64,000 nt of DNA from a virus. Position numbers and translations under genes: made by a program. The stretch is taken from UHGV virus genome UHGV-0310767. One strand, given 5' to 3'. The notes beneath the pieces are model-generated. The model searched no databases and had not been told where the DNA came from. It saw only the letters and a program-made list of their open reading frames with translations. Positions 39,925-49,526 of this stretch are shown one piece after another (the first letter of the stretch is position 1; each line of letters starts with the position of its first letter).

Positions 39925-40461
39925 TTATCCTCCTTGCATTCCATATTCTTTTAATAAATCTTTTTGTGGTGCATACTCTCCAAACCATTCTAACTCTGCT
40001 TTTAATCTGGCTTTTATAGCATGTTCTTTTACGCTGTATTCACCTAAATGTTTTTGCCTACCATCTATAACAATATAGGCTCTCCATTTATTAGATTTCT
40101 GTTTCCATGATACTCCAATTATTCCAGAAGTATTATTTTTAGCTTTACTTCTATTCCTATTGTTTTCTTGTGAAGTACATTTTCTTAAATTACATCTTCT
40201 GTTATCTGTTCTTATTTTATTAATGTGGTCTACAAGGATTTCTCCTACCAGAAGGTTATGCATATAAACATTTTTATTATTTATTTTTGTAGTAACATAA
40301 CCGCTTGAATCAATATGCCAAGTGTAATCTTCTACAATTTCTCTATCTATTAGACTACACTTGAAATATTTATCTTTAGTAATATAACCTTTATAATAAG
40401 GGTATGCATAGTCTGAATCATCTTCATCCATACATGATTCCCATAGTTTTATATTACTCAC
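39925..40461 (-). CDS. Free-standing HNH endonuclease with a C-terminal AP2 DNA-binding domain.
   Basis: YMHNLLVG...VDHINKIRTDNRRCNLRKCTSQENNRN (HNH) then SGIIGVSWKQKSNKWRAYIVIDGRQKHLGEYSVKEHAIKAR (AP2). Confidence 0.65.
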   Translation of the reverse strand: MSNIKLWESCMDEDDSDYAYPYYKGYITKDKYFKCSLIDREIVEDYTWHIDSSGYVTTKINNKNVYMHNLLVGEILVDHINKIRTDNRRCNLRKCTSQENNRNRSKAKNNTSGIIGVSWKQKSNKWRAYIVIDGRQKHLGEYSVKEHAIKARLKAELEWFGEYAPQKDLLKEYGMQGG

Positions 40462-40522
40462 TTAAATTATTATCCTTTCTTGACTATTTATAAATATATT
40501 ATAACATAATTGCATATAATTG

Positions 40523-42331
40523 TCAACCAAATACATCCTCCCATGTTAGAACTTTTTTAGGTTCTTTTTCACATATTTCATAATCTATTTCCATTGCTTC
40601 TATTACTGCCTGTAATGTAATTCTGCCTTTCCATTCATTAACCGTAAGATTACATATAGCATTTATTACTAATTCCTTATCTTCTTTTAAATATAATTCT
40701 GCTTTTTCATCCTCTGTAGTTTTAAATTTTATAAATTCAATCCCATCTTTTTTAAACTTTATAGTATTTCCTTTTCCTAAAATTTGAATATCTTTAGAAT
40801 TAATATTAATTCCTTCTATATTAAAAACTGGTTTCACAAAAGTATTATTCCATAAAAAATCCCAATCATCCCCAAAACCAAATAAAGATTTAGGTATACT
40901 CTCCATAGGAAAAACATAAGTTTTAACTACAGGAATTTTATATTTTTCTTGATTAATGCATTCTTTCTGAAAATATTCTTTAATTTTTTCAAGATTTTCT
41001 TTTTTAAATATAATACCATGTGCCGCTTCATGACCAGAAGCTAATTCAAATAATCCACTTTGCTGGCACATTTCTAATGTATTTATATCTGCCCTACAAG
41101 AACCTGTATAGTTATTTTTATCTGTTGAAGATTCATGAATTACAAATATATTACATTCATATTGACGTTTCAATTTATTCGCAATCAATCCTGTATAGGG
41201 GTAAGTTTCAGAATTTGAAAGTTCCATAATCCCTAATACTGGAACCTCGTTACAACTTAGTACAAAGCAAATCTGGCTATCTTCTAATGCCTTATCGACC
41301 GTTTTATCCTGATAGGATTTCTCAGCCTTTAAACTCTCTATTAACGATTCATAATCTTTTGTATCTACACAGGGAACAAATGTTGAAATACAAAATTCTT
41401 CTGTTTTTACTTCCTTATAAACATACCCTATAAAAGCATAAAACAATTCTTTTTTTAATTGCTGATTGGTTCCTCTACATACAGCATTTAAATAGGGGCA
41501 AATATCAAATCCAAATGTATGCTGATTAACAAGAGAATTTCCTTCTTCATCTTTTTTCCATATTAAATTATCAATAAGATATTTAAGAAAAGGATTATTT
41601 ATTGTAGTAGCTCCGTATAAAAAGAAAGACCTATTCTCTTGCGAAGTCATATCACACATATCAGATACTAAACTTAAAGCTACTAAATCAGCATATTTAG
41701 CACTACATTTTAATCCTTCTTTTTCATCAATATACTTTAAAAACTTAGCAACTACTCCTGTGCCACTTAAAGCTTTATTCTTTACCCAGCCTTTTTGATT
41801 GCTGATTATAACTGTTTTATAATTACTTTTGTATTCCTGCATATATTTAGGCTTAGGCTCAATCTTATGATGGTCGATAATAATTATATTAACATTTAAA
41901 AAATTTAAATCCATATGTTGAATATAATCATTGGTGCCAGCATCAGGTACAATTAATAAAAAAATATTATTTTCTATTACCCATGATACTACATTTTCTG
42001 TAATTCCATGTTTTTTATCAGAGTGAAAATATATTTCTAATTTTTCTTGTTCATCTTCTGGCAATAAGTCTAATAAATATTTATATATACTGGCACAAGA
42101 GCAAATGCCATCCACATCACAATCTTGTATAAATCCTATGTTTCCTTCATTGTCCAAAGTATCAATGAGAAGATTATAAGCATCTTCCATTCCATCATAA
42201 ACATTGGGGGATTCTACATATTTGAAAGTAGGATAAAGATATTCCTGTGTATCTTTTATTCCAAACGCTTGTAAATATTGTTCAAGCCACATACTTATTT
42301 CTATATTTGGAACTAGTTCTTTTACTTCCAT
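40523..42331 (-). CDS. DHH-family phosphoesterase, RecJ-like ssDNA exonuclease (602 aa).
   Basis: DCDVDGICS (DxD motif), LLIVPDAG, NIIIIDHH (DHH motif). Confidence 0.6.
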   Translation of the reverse strand: MEVKELVPNIEISMWLEQYLQAFGIKDTQEYLYPTFKYVESPNVYDGMEDAYNLLIDTLDNEGNIGFIQDCDVDGICSCASIYKYLLDLLPEDEQEKLEIYFHSDKKHGITENVVSWVIENNIFLLIVPDAGTNDYIQHMDLNFLNVNIIIIDHHKIEPKPKYMQEYKSNYKTVIISNQKGWVKNKALSGTGVVAKFLKYIDEKEGLKCSAKYADLVALSLVSDMCDMTSQENRSFFLYGATTINNPFLKYLIDNLIWKKDEEGNSLVNQHTFGFDICPYLNAVCRGTNQQLKKELFYAFIGYVYKEVKTEEFCISTFVPCVDTKDYESLIESLKAEKSYQDKTVDKALEDSQICFVLSCNEVPVLGIMELSNSETYPYTGLIANKLKRQYECNIFVIHESSTDKNNYTGSCRADINTLEMCQQSGLFELASGHEAAHGIIFKKENLEKIKEYFQKECINQEKYKIPVVKTYVFPMESIPKSLFGFGDDWDFLWNNTFVKPVFNIEGININSKDIQILGKGNTIKFKKDGIEFIKFKTTEDEKAELYLKEDKELVINAICNLTVNEWKGRITLQAVIEAMEIDYEICEKEPKKVLTWEDVFG

Positions 42332-42406
42332 TATTTTCCTCGTTTATTATATAGAGAAAGGTACTCCATGACAGAGTACCTTTTACATAGGGTTACAAAG
42401 TGGTAA

Positions 42407-43186
42407 TTACAGGTTAAAACCGTCCGCACCAGTTGAGACAGTAACTTCTACCTCTCCCACATTTACATCGTCCATAACCTCTGTTAGCGTGTTAATTGAA
42501 AGTTCATACGCCACACGGGTTTCAAAGTGGCGGTCATTGTTTACCTTCTTATCTTCATCAGGCTGGATAAAGATTTCTTTACGGTATTCCCGGCTCTGCA
42601 TCCTTCCTTTAACTGCAATCTTATCACTTACTTTCAGATAAGATGCATGGTCAGCTTCTTTGTTCCAGGCAATGCAAGGGATATAGTAAGAAGCGTTTAA
42701 CTGTTTGTTGTTTACTGCCAAAAGAATGTCAGTGATTCTGCTGGGCTTCTTGATTACATTTCCCTTTTCATCTGTTCTTCCAGGAGTTTTACGATAGTTT
42801 ACTTCTTTGCAGATATAGCCTTTTAAGCTGATTTCATTTACATGCTTTGTATCTTTAGCCATTAAAGTCATAGTTTTAACTTTGATAAAGATACGAAGCT
42901 TAACCCGGTCTGAAAGCTTTTCATTGAAAGAAGATAATCTTCCTTTAATCTCCACCACTGCACCAACAGGTTTCTTAATTGTTCTTTTAAATTCTCTTAC
43001 GACCTGTTTTGGAACCATGATAGGGAGAACATCTTCTACTCCACTATCCCTTCTTACGATGATAGAGGAACTATACATTTTTGTTCCTCTACAGATGTGA
43101 TTGAAAGAGAAATCTTCTTTCAGTTCGCCAATTAAATGAGCCGCATTGTTGGTAGGAATTGTGGAAGTGGTCTGATTTTTGTTCAT
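42407..43186 (-). CDS. Hypothetical protein, possibly an OB-fold ssDNA-binding protein (259 aa).
   Basis: Position in the replication module. Two beta-rich segments. No diagnostic motif. Confidence 0.3.
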   Translation of the reverse strand: MNKNQTTSTIPTNNAAHLIGELKEDFSFNHICRGTKMYSSSIIVRRDSGVEDVLPIMVPKQVVREFKRTIKKPVGAVVEIKGRLSSFNEKLSDRVKLRIFIKVKTMTLMAKDTKHVNEISLKGYICKEVNYRKTPGRTDEKGNVIKKPSRITDILLAVNNKQLNASYYIPCIAWNKEADHASYLKVSDKIAVKGRMQSREYRKEIFIQPDEDKKVNNDRHFETRVAYELSINTLTEVMDDVNVGEVEVTVSTGADGFNL

Positions 43187-43256
43187 GTTTAAATCTCCTT
43201 TAGTTTTATTTTTTAAAATTTATTTTTAAAACGTATACCGTTTTAAAATCGTTATC

Positions 43257-43454
43257 TTATACTAATTTCTTTTCTTTCCAACTTACATATAAATCATAAG
43301 CCGTTACAGATTCATTAAGTTTTAAAGTGTATTTGCCAGTCTTATTCTGGATTTTACCTTCGTTATTATTAAAGACAATCCTTTCATTTTTGTAAAAAGG
43401 ATATCCATAATAATTGAAAGCTTTCTTAACTACACAATCAATTTTATCAATCAT
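43257..43454 (-). CDS. Small hypothetical protein (65 aa)
   Basis: ORF only. Confidence 0.3.
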   Translation of the reverse strand: MIDKIDCVVKKAFNYYGYPFYKNERIVFNNNEGKIQNKTGKYTLKLNESVTAYDLYVSWKEKKLV

Positions 43455-44139
43455 CTTCTTCTCCTTTACGGTCTTTTGGTTCCATAGTCAAATTACAATC
43501 TTTACATAATATATTTAATCCTAACGACCCTCTTACTGCTTCACCACAACCAGAACATGTATACTTAGTAGTTTTTTTGCTAGGGTCTTTTTCTGATGGA
43601 ACCTTCACTGAAATTTTTCTAAAGAAACTAAAAAGTTCTTTTTTAACTTTTATATTTTCTACAAAGTCCATAAATTCTTCTGTAGGTTCGGTTAATGACC
43701 ATCCAATAGTTGGTGCTCTATCAATATATAACCCTCTTAATTCAGCTTCTCTTTTAAATCTTTTGTTATGATAAACATTCCCATTTGATGTATCTTTAAT
43801 ATCATTAATATGACAATAAAGATGAATCATTTCATGTTGTAGTGTAGCACATAAATGGTAAATATTACGCTTTAAATGTTCTGCCGCAATATTTATTTCA
43901 TGATATTTTATTATTTCTTTTTTATCTTTAGCTACTTCTACTTCCTTATCTGGAATAATTTCGTTTTCTTCCGCTTTATTTTTCCATCTGTCACTAGAAA
44001 AATGTCCATATGCTTTAACCGAAGATTGAATAGTAATTACAACTTTTGGTAATTTACCATCAAAATAATTTTCATTTAAAGCATCAAATATTCTATATAA
44101 TTCATTGGTTGCGTTTAATATAAATCCTGCATCTGACAT
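43447..44139 (-). CDS. SprT-like zinc metalloprotease with a C-terminal zinc ribbon.
   Basis: HEMIH (HExxH) in LQHEMIHLYCH. C-terminus CSGCGEA...CKDCN. Confidence 0.55.
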   Translation of the reverse strand: MSDAGFILNATNELYRIFDALNENYFDGKLPKVVITIQSSVKAYGHFSSDRWKNKAEENEIIPDKEVEVAKDKKEIIKYHEINIAAEHLKRNIYHLCATLQHEMIHLYCHINDIKDTSNGNVYHNKRFKREAELRGLYIDRAPTIGWSLTEPTEEFMDFVENIKVKKELFSFFRKISVKVPSEKDPSKKTTKYTCSGCGEAVRGSLGLNILCKDCNLTMEPKDRKGEEDD

Positions 44140-44246
44140 AGTATAGGCTTCCTTTCTTTTTCTATATTATATCATACTTATCTTTAGAAGTCAATACAAA
44201 ATCCATGATTTCTTCAATTTTTACATTTGTATTTCTTGTTATTTTT

Positions 44247-44699
44247 TTATAAAGTCTTATTAATTCTTTTGTGTCTTTTACCAATTCTTCTTTTTCCTTT
44301 TTTTTCTGTTAATTCTCTTTGTTTTTTTCTTTTATTTTCATAGTAAGATTTTATTTTTGAATTATAATTAGAAATAGCTAATTTCATTGCATTTTCAGAA
44401 ACTTTATCTTCTATAAAAAATCTATCTTTAGGATAATAATTAGCTATACAGTTATTAACTTCAAAATCATAAAGAGAATTTAAAGTATAATATATTCCAT
44501 ATTTTTCTCTAATACATAATTGTTCTTTTGTTAATTCTGAATCCCCATTTCTTTTATAATAAATATAATGAGAATTGATATAAACAATAGGAAATTTTTC
44601 TAATGCAAAATATATACAATCTCCATGTTTATTAAGTGTTAATTTATAAATGCGTTTAAATTTACTTAAATCTTTTCTATTGGGTACAAATACTGCCAT
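44247..44699 (-). CDS. Hypothetical protein, paralog A1 (150 aa; MAVFVPNRKDLSKFKRIYKLTL...).
   Basis: Clear paralog of 46830..47312, sharing N-terminal MAVF(V/I)P..K....SKFK.IY.LTLEK....F.LEKFPI.Y.NS..IY.K.NG and a basic Lys-rich C-terminus. Confidence 0.5.
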   Translation of the reverse strand: MAVFVPNRKDLSKFKRIYKLTLNKHGDCIYFALEKFPIVYINSHYIYYKRNGDSELTKEQLCIREKYGIYYTLNSLYDFEVNNCIANYYPKDRFFIEDKVSENAMKLAISNYNSKIKSYYENKRKKQRELTEKKGKRRIGKRHKRINKTL

Positions 44700-44873
44700 A
44701 ATTTTTCTCCTTTACATAAAACAAATAGTGGCTCTAGCAATTTTTAAACAAAGAATATGAAAAATTTCTTTTAACTCTTTTATGTTAAGAGTATTTAATT
44801 GCTGATGATTAGTAGGATAAAATAATTCTAATTCTTTTATCTTTTTGATATATTCTTCTTTTGTCATTTTCTT

Positions 44874-45197
44874 TTATTCAACAATTTTATAATTGTTTTC
44901 AAACTCCTTTTTTCTTATCATGTGTACGATTCCTTCTTCATCTTCTACTATATAGTCTCCTACATAAATAATTTCATTAATACGCATAAAACTATCTACA
45001 TACTTGAAACTATTCTTTATCATGAAAGTGTTACCAACAAAATATAACACTTTACGTTTAAAAGCATTTATAAAAAAATTAGGCCGTTTTACTTCTACTG
45101 GAATATACATTCCTGTATACTGAAACACTTTATCTTTTTTAATCTCTTTCATTTTCATCTTTTCCTTTCTTAAAAAATTTTTTATATAAATATACAA
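44874..45197 (-). CDS. Hypothetical protein (107 aa)
   Basis: ORF only. Confidence 0.3.
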   Translation of the reverse strand: MYIYIKNFLRKEKMKMKEIKKDKVFQYTGMYIPVEVKRPNFFINAFKRKVLYFVGNTFMIKNSFKYVDSFMRINEIIYVGDYIVEDEEGIVHMIRKKEFENNYKIVE

Positions 45198-45361
45198 CTA
45201 TATCACATATCTTGAATGTTATTATACTTACTAATAACAATGGAGAAATAATAATAAGAGTTAAAGCTTCTGCTAAATATCTAGCCCTACTTACTCCTTC
45301 TCTTGTAAAAAATATTGGCATTAAAGCATCAATAATTTTTATCTCTAATATATCTTTTAAA

Positions 45362-46555
45362 TTAATTACTTCTTTCTTTATCCTTACAGTATCTTTTAAA
45401 TTCTTCACTTTCTCTTTCATCTATACACTCCTTGTTTTTATATAGTAAATTCCAAATTTCCTCACCCTTATCCGATGGAGAATCTTTATAATCAAGTAAG
45501 GGGAAATCATCGTCTGCATCGTATATTACATTTACTTCTGCAAATCCTTTAAATTTATCAGCTATAGCTAATACTTTCTTTTTCCATAAAATAAATTTTT
45601 CTGTAAGTTCTCCCTTTTCATCATACATTTTTTCGTACTGTTTGTCAAGAGCAATATTTACTTTATTTATACCTAGTTTTAATAACATATCTCTACGTTT
45701 ATTTTGTAGATTCATTCCAAACATTCCGACAGTATTATTCAGAAATAATATATCATTCATCTGCATCACACTTTTAGGGGCTTCAAATAAAGTAACTTCT
45801 CCCGTATAGTCTATATTTGATTTTGTTAAATTTAATCCATAAAGTACATTAGATGTATTAAAGCGAAATTCAGTTCCATGATTTCCCTTTTCATCAACTC
45901 CATTTACTAATTTCACAGGTAAATATTTATATCCTGCTTCAATTAATTCTGGAACTAAGTTTCTCCCATGTAATCCTATAAGATTTCCATTTTCATCAAA
46001 TACAGGAATTACTATTTGTTGTGCATAAGGATAGAAACAAATCTCAAACATTTCCATAGTAGGAATACTAATTCCATCGTCTATAAATGATTGATGATAT
46101 ATTTTTGGGAAAAAATTTAATATACTTTTATCATAAGTTTGTATTAAAGATTCACCATTTTTAATTCTGATGTATCTTCCTAAATCTTCTTCCCAATCAT
46201 ATATTTTAGTAGTCTCTTTATGGATGCGTTCAATATTATCATAAGGTATGTTACATACATCACATACAAATTTTAAAGCATCTGGAAAACTGCAAGTTTC
46301 TCCCAAAACTCTTTTACGCTTTTGTACTAAACTGTAAGGAGTATATGAAACACTACAATGATAACATAAAAAGAATTTTCTATCTTTATAGAAATAAAGT
46401 TTATTTTTTAATCCATCTGGATTTTTTTCATGGCAAATATTGGAAAACAATATTTCTTTATCATTCTCATGGTCAATTGTAGCCCCTAATGCTAAAGCAA
46501 TTTGTCTATAATTATCTATAGTTAATTGTTTAGTTAATTTTTTGGCATCAATCAT
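45362..46555 (-). CDS. DNA primase (DnaG-like: zinc-binding N-terminus plus Toprim).
   Basis: CHEKNPDG...FFLCYHCSVS (CHC2-type Zn finger). Downstream acidic Toprim-like segments (VTLFEAPKSVMQ, VNIALDKQYE). Confidence 0.5.
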   Translation of the reverse strand: MIDAKKLTKQLTIDNYRQIALALGATIDHENDKEILFSNICHEKNPDGLKNKLYFYKDRKFFLCYHCSVSYTPYSLVQKRKRVLGETCSFPDALKFVCDVCNIPYDNIERIHKETTKIYDWEEDLGRYIRIKNGESLIQTYDKSILNFFPKIYHQSFIDDGISIPTMEMFEICFYPYAQQIVIPVFDENGNLIGLHGRNLVPELIEAGYKYLPVKLVNGVDEKGNHGTEFRFNTSNVLYGLNLTKSNIDYTGEVTLFEAPKSVMQMNDILFLNNTVGMFGMNLQNKRRDMLLKLGINKVNIALDKQYEKMYDEKGELTEKFILWKKKVLAIADKFKGFAEVNVIYDADDDFPLLDYKDSPSDKGEEIWNLLYKNKECIDERESEEFKRYCKDKERSN

Positions 46556-46602
46556 TATTTTTCTCTTTTCATTGAAAAATTACTGTGTATATTATATATA
46601 AT

Positions 46603-46631
46603 AATATATCATATAAAATACTTTTTGTCAA
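46603..46631 (-). promoter_or_regulatory. Candidate promoter for the primase gene, with a 21-bp upstream motif also found at 61269-61289.
   Basis: Minus strand: TTGACA, 17 nt, TATATT. Preceded by the motif TTTTACTTTACGAATTGAAGG (46649-46669) and a hairpin terminator (46668-46705). Confidence 0.35.
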
Positions 46632-46829
46632 TAGTTTTTATCTTTATCCTTCAATTCGTAAAGTAAAATAACTCCCTAGTTTAAATCTGGGGAGTTATTT
46701 TTATTCACAATATTATTTACACAATGCTTAAACTACCTATTTTGAATAAATGAAAACTGCTATCAGGTTCCCGGTGTTAGCCCACCGGGACTTTTTATAT
46801 CATGTCCACATATCCAGTCAATAATCATA

Positions 46830-47312
46830 TTAATCAAAAAATTGCTTTCGATATTTATGTTTTTTCTTACTATTATTATAGCGTTTTATTAAATTTTGTA
46901 CATCTTCTTCTCTTTTTTTCTTTTCTTTTTTTATTTCTTCTTTTTCTAAATATTGTTTTATATTTCGATTATACATAGAAATAATTTTTTTCATTATTTC
47001 TATAGACAATATATCATCTACGAAATATTCACGTAAAGAATAGTCATTCATATTTAAACAATAAATATCAAAAAGGCGTTCTAAAGTACATTGTAATCCA
47101 TAATTATTATCTACGGTATTATATATAGTTTCCCTAATTAATTTCATATTTCCATTTTGTTTAAAATAAATAAAAGAAGAATTAAGGTAAATAATGGGAA
47201 ATTTTTCTAATGTGAAAAATACATTCCCTTTAGATTTTTCAAGAGTTAATCTATAAATATGTTTAAATTTAGACAACTCTACTTCTTTTTCTTTAGGTAT
47301 AAATACCGCCAT
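46830..47312 (-). CDS. Hypothetical protein, paralog A2 (160 aa).
   Basis: Paralog of 44247..44699. Immediately downstream of the minus-strand tail-fibre paralog. Confidence 0.5.
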   Translation of the reverse strand: MAVFIPKEKEVELSKFKHIYRLTLEKSKGNVFFTLEKFPIIYLNSSFIYFKQNGNMKLIRETIYNTVDNNYGLQCTLERLFDIYCLNMNDYSLREYFVDDILSIEIMKKIISMYNRNIKQYLEKEEIKKEKKKREEDVQNLIKRYNNSKKKHKYRKQFFD

Positions 47313-47323
47313 AATTTTTCTCC

Positions 47324-48467
47324 TTATTTTAATCTTATTAAAACAACACCTGAACCTCCTGTAGAAATATATCCTTGATAATTTCCACCAGCACCACCGC
47401 CCGTATTAGTTCCTCCGTTACCAGCTTGCCAACTGCCATTAGAACCTCCACCGCCGCCCCCGGCACCGCCGCCACCAGGGCTTCCTCCACTTCTTCCAAA
47501 ACCACCACCACCACCACCGCCTGAATATATAGTTCCATTAGATTCCCCAAACGCTCTTGTAGTAGAACCTTGACCTAGGCCACCACCACCAGAACCACCT
47601 TGTCTACCTGCTGAATTAAATCTAGGGTTTCCATCTCCACCATTAGCACTACATAATGTACTACTTCCTTTTTTTACAGTGGTAGTTCCTCCTTTATTAC
47701 CTCCATATCCACCTCCACCAATAGTTATAGATAACACATCTTTTTCAGCTACAGTTATATTATTAACAGTTTTGGTATATCCTGCACCGCCACCACCATT
47801 AGCATAATAACTAGAATCCCCATATTCACTACCACCACCTCCGCCAACACAGAAAACATCTATTTTAGAATATCCTGCTGGAATTGTGTAATTAGAAGTT
47901 GCTTTGATAGTAATTATCTGAGAACTACCTGTATTTACTGTAGCTTTTAATTGTGTTCCTAAGATTTCCCCATTGGATGTTACACAATAAGAGTAAACAA
48001 TGAAGTAATACATAGTATCAAGAGAAGGAAGGGATAAAGCTGTTGTAGATATCCCTCCACTCTCTTGTGATGTTCCTACTCCCTTGTACCCTTCTATACC
48101 TGTATCTGGTGTAGGATAGGAACCTGTTTGATATCGGATATATACTCCACTATAAGGTCTACCTAGTTCTTCAATAGGATTAGTCCATTGGACTGTAATA
48201 TTTCTACCACTAGAAACAGACAAAATTAAATTGCTTACATTTCCTGGCTCTAGGGTGCCTGTTAGTGAATTTTTGGGGTCTACAGTGTAAAACGTAGTAC
48301 CTTTGGTTACATGGTTTTTTACAGCATCACCTGTCAACTGTAAGGAACCAGTCTCTACATCGTCTGTACTGGCCCCTACGAATTTGTAACCATCCATAAC
48401 AACGGATGAATCGGCTGTCAAGCTATCAGGTATGCCCCCCAGTTGGGAAGCGGTTTAGTATTGGCAT
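47324..48467 (-). CDS. Glycine-rich tail-fibre paralog 5 on the minus strand inside the replication module. Its N-terminus MPILNRFPTGG is followed by a G6 tract (+ strand C6 at 48435-48440) that places the body (ORF 47324..48421) out of frame; G8 would restore it.
   Basis: ATG at 48467 with RBS (aaaggagattaag ATG). About 70-75% nucleotide similarity to 17631..18866, including the identical 26-mer tattacttcattgtttactcttattg. Ends in GSGVVLIRLK. Confidence 0.6.
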
Positions 48468-48483
48468 CTTAATCTCCTTTATT

Positions 48484-48762
48484 TTATTTAAGTTTTGCTT
48501 CAATAAGTTTTGTTAATCTCTTGTGTTCTTCACGAATTACGTTAATAGCTTCACTTAATTCGTAAGTTTTTCTCTTAAGTTTACGTCTGGTCAATTCTTC
48601 TACAGCCGCATGAATAGCCGCAGGAAGTGTCCCATAATATCCCAAATCTTTCCATTTAGTATATTCTTTTTTTGACGTTTTGAGTTTTGCCCCTGTATCT
48701 TCTCTTAAAATATATTGACATGGGTCTACGTCAATATATAAATTTTCATAAACATGAATCAT
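48484..48762 (-). CDS. Hypothetical protein (92 aa)
   Basis: ORF only. Confidence 0.35.
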   Translation of the reverse strand: MIHVYENLYIDVDPCQYILREDTGAKLKTSKKEYTKWKDLGYYGTLPAAIHAAVEELTRRKLKRKTYELSEAINVIREEHKRLTKLIEAKLK

Positions 48763-48775
48763 CTTTTTTCTCCTT

Positions 48776-49267
48776 TTATTTAATTAACAGTGAAGTTGTT
48801 TTTCTTAAAGGCCCTACTCCTTTAATTGTTTTTACTTTAGCATCTGCTAATAATTTCTTTTTATCCAGTTTTAAAGAAGCAGGAATCTTTTCAAAATATT
48901 TCTTTGGTATAAGGGTTTCATCAATTTCACCCAACTGGTCTGCCCCATTTTTTAATGTGATGGTATAAATATTTCCACCACATTTTTTAGTTCCAGTAAC
49001 TTCCATAGCCCCCTTAAGAGCATCTTTAAGCCGATTCATAGAATTTTCCACTGTTTTCATTCTGGCATCCAATCTGGCTTTTTCTTTCTTGATTGCTTCA
49101 ATCTGAATTTCATATTCCTTAATTACATAAACATAATTTTCAGCTTTTGAATCAAGTTCCCCTCCTATTCCTTCCAAAGTATCTTTTAATACTTCTGAAT
49201 CAGGTTCTTCCTCCAACATAATCATAAGTTTAAGCATATCCCCTGTAATTTCTCTTAAACTTCCCAT
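48776..49267 (-). CDS. Siphovirus Gp157-like protein (163 aa)
   Basis: Size, coiled-coil-rich composition and position next to the replicative helicase resemble Sipho_Gp157-family proteins. No diagnostic motif was checked. Confidence 0.35.
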   Translation of the reverse strand: MGSLREITGDMLKLMIMLEEEPDSEVLKDTLEGIGGELDSKAENYVYVIKEYEIQIEAIKKEKARLDARMKTVENSMNRLKDALKGAMEVTGTKKCGGNIYTITLKNGADQLGEIDETLIPKKYFEKIPASLKLDKKKLLADAKVKTIKGVGPLRKTTSLLIK

Positions 49268-49289
49268 CTTTTAACCTCCTTTTATTATA

Positions 49290-49526
49290 TTATTTTTTGT
49301 TGTATATCATTCCAAACAAGAATACATATATTCTAAAAAATCTACCCACTTCCTGGTCACTTTCAACAAAATAATTATCACACAAATGCTTCCCATTTTC
49401 ACAAGTTCCCAAAAATATTTTAATTCTGCCAACCAAAATGAGATAACTCCCTCTATTAAGTTTAATCGTTTCATCGTATTTTCTTATTGTTCCTTTCTTC
49501 ATTTTATATACTTCAATTTTATTCAT
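49290..49526 (-). CDS. Hypothetical protein (78 aa)
   Basis: ORF only. Confidence 0.3.
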   Translation of the reverse strand: MNKIEVYKMKKGTIRKYDETIKLNRGSYLILVGRIKIFLGTCENGKHLCDNYFVESDQEVGRFFRIYVFLFGMIYNKK

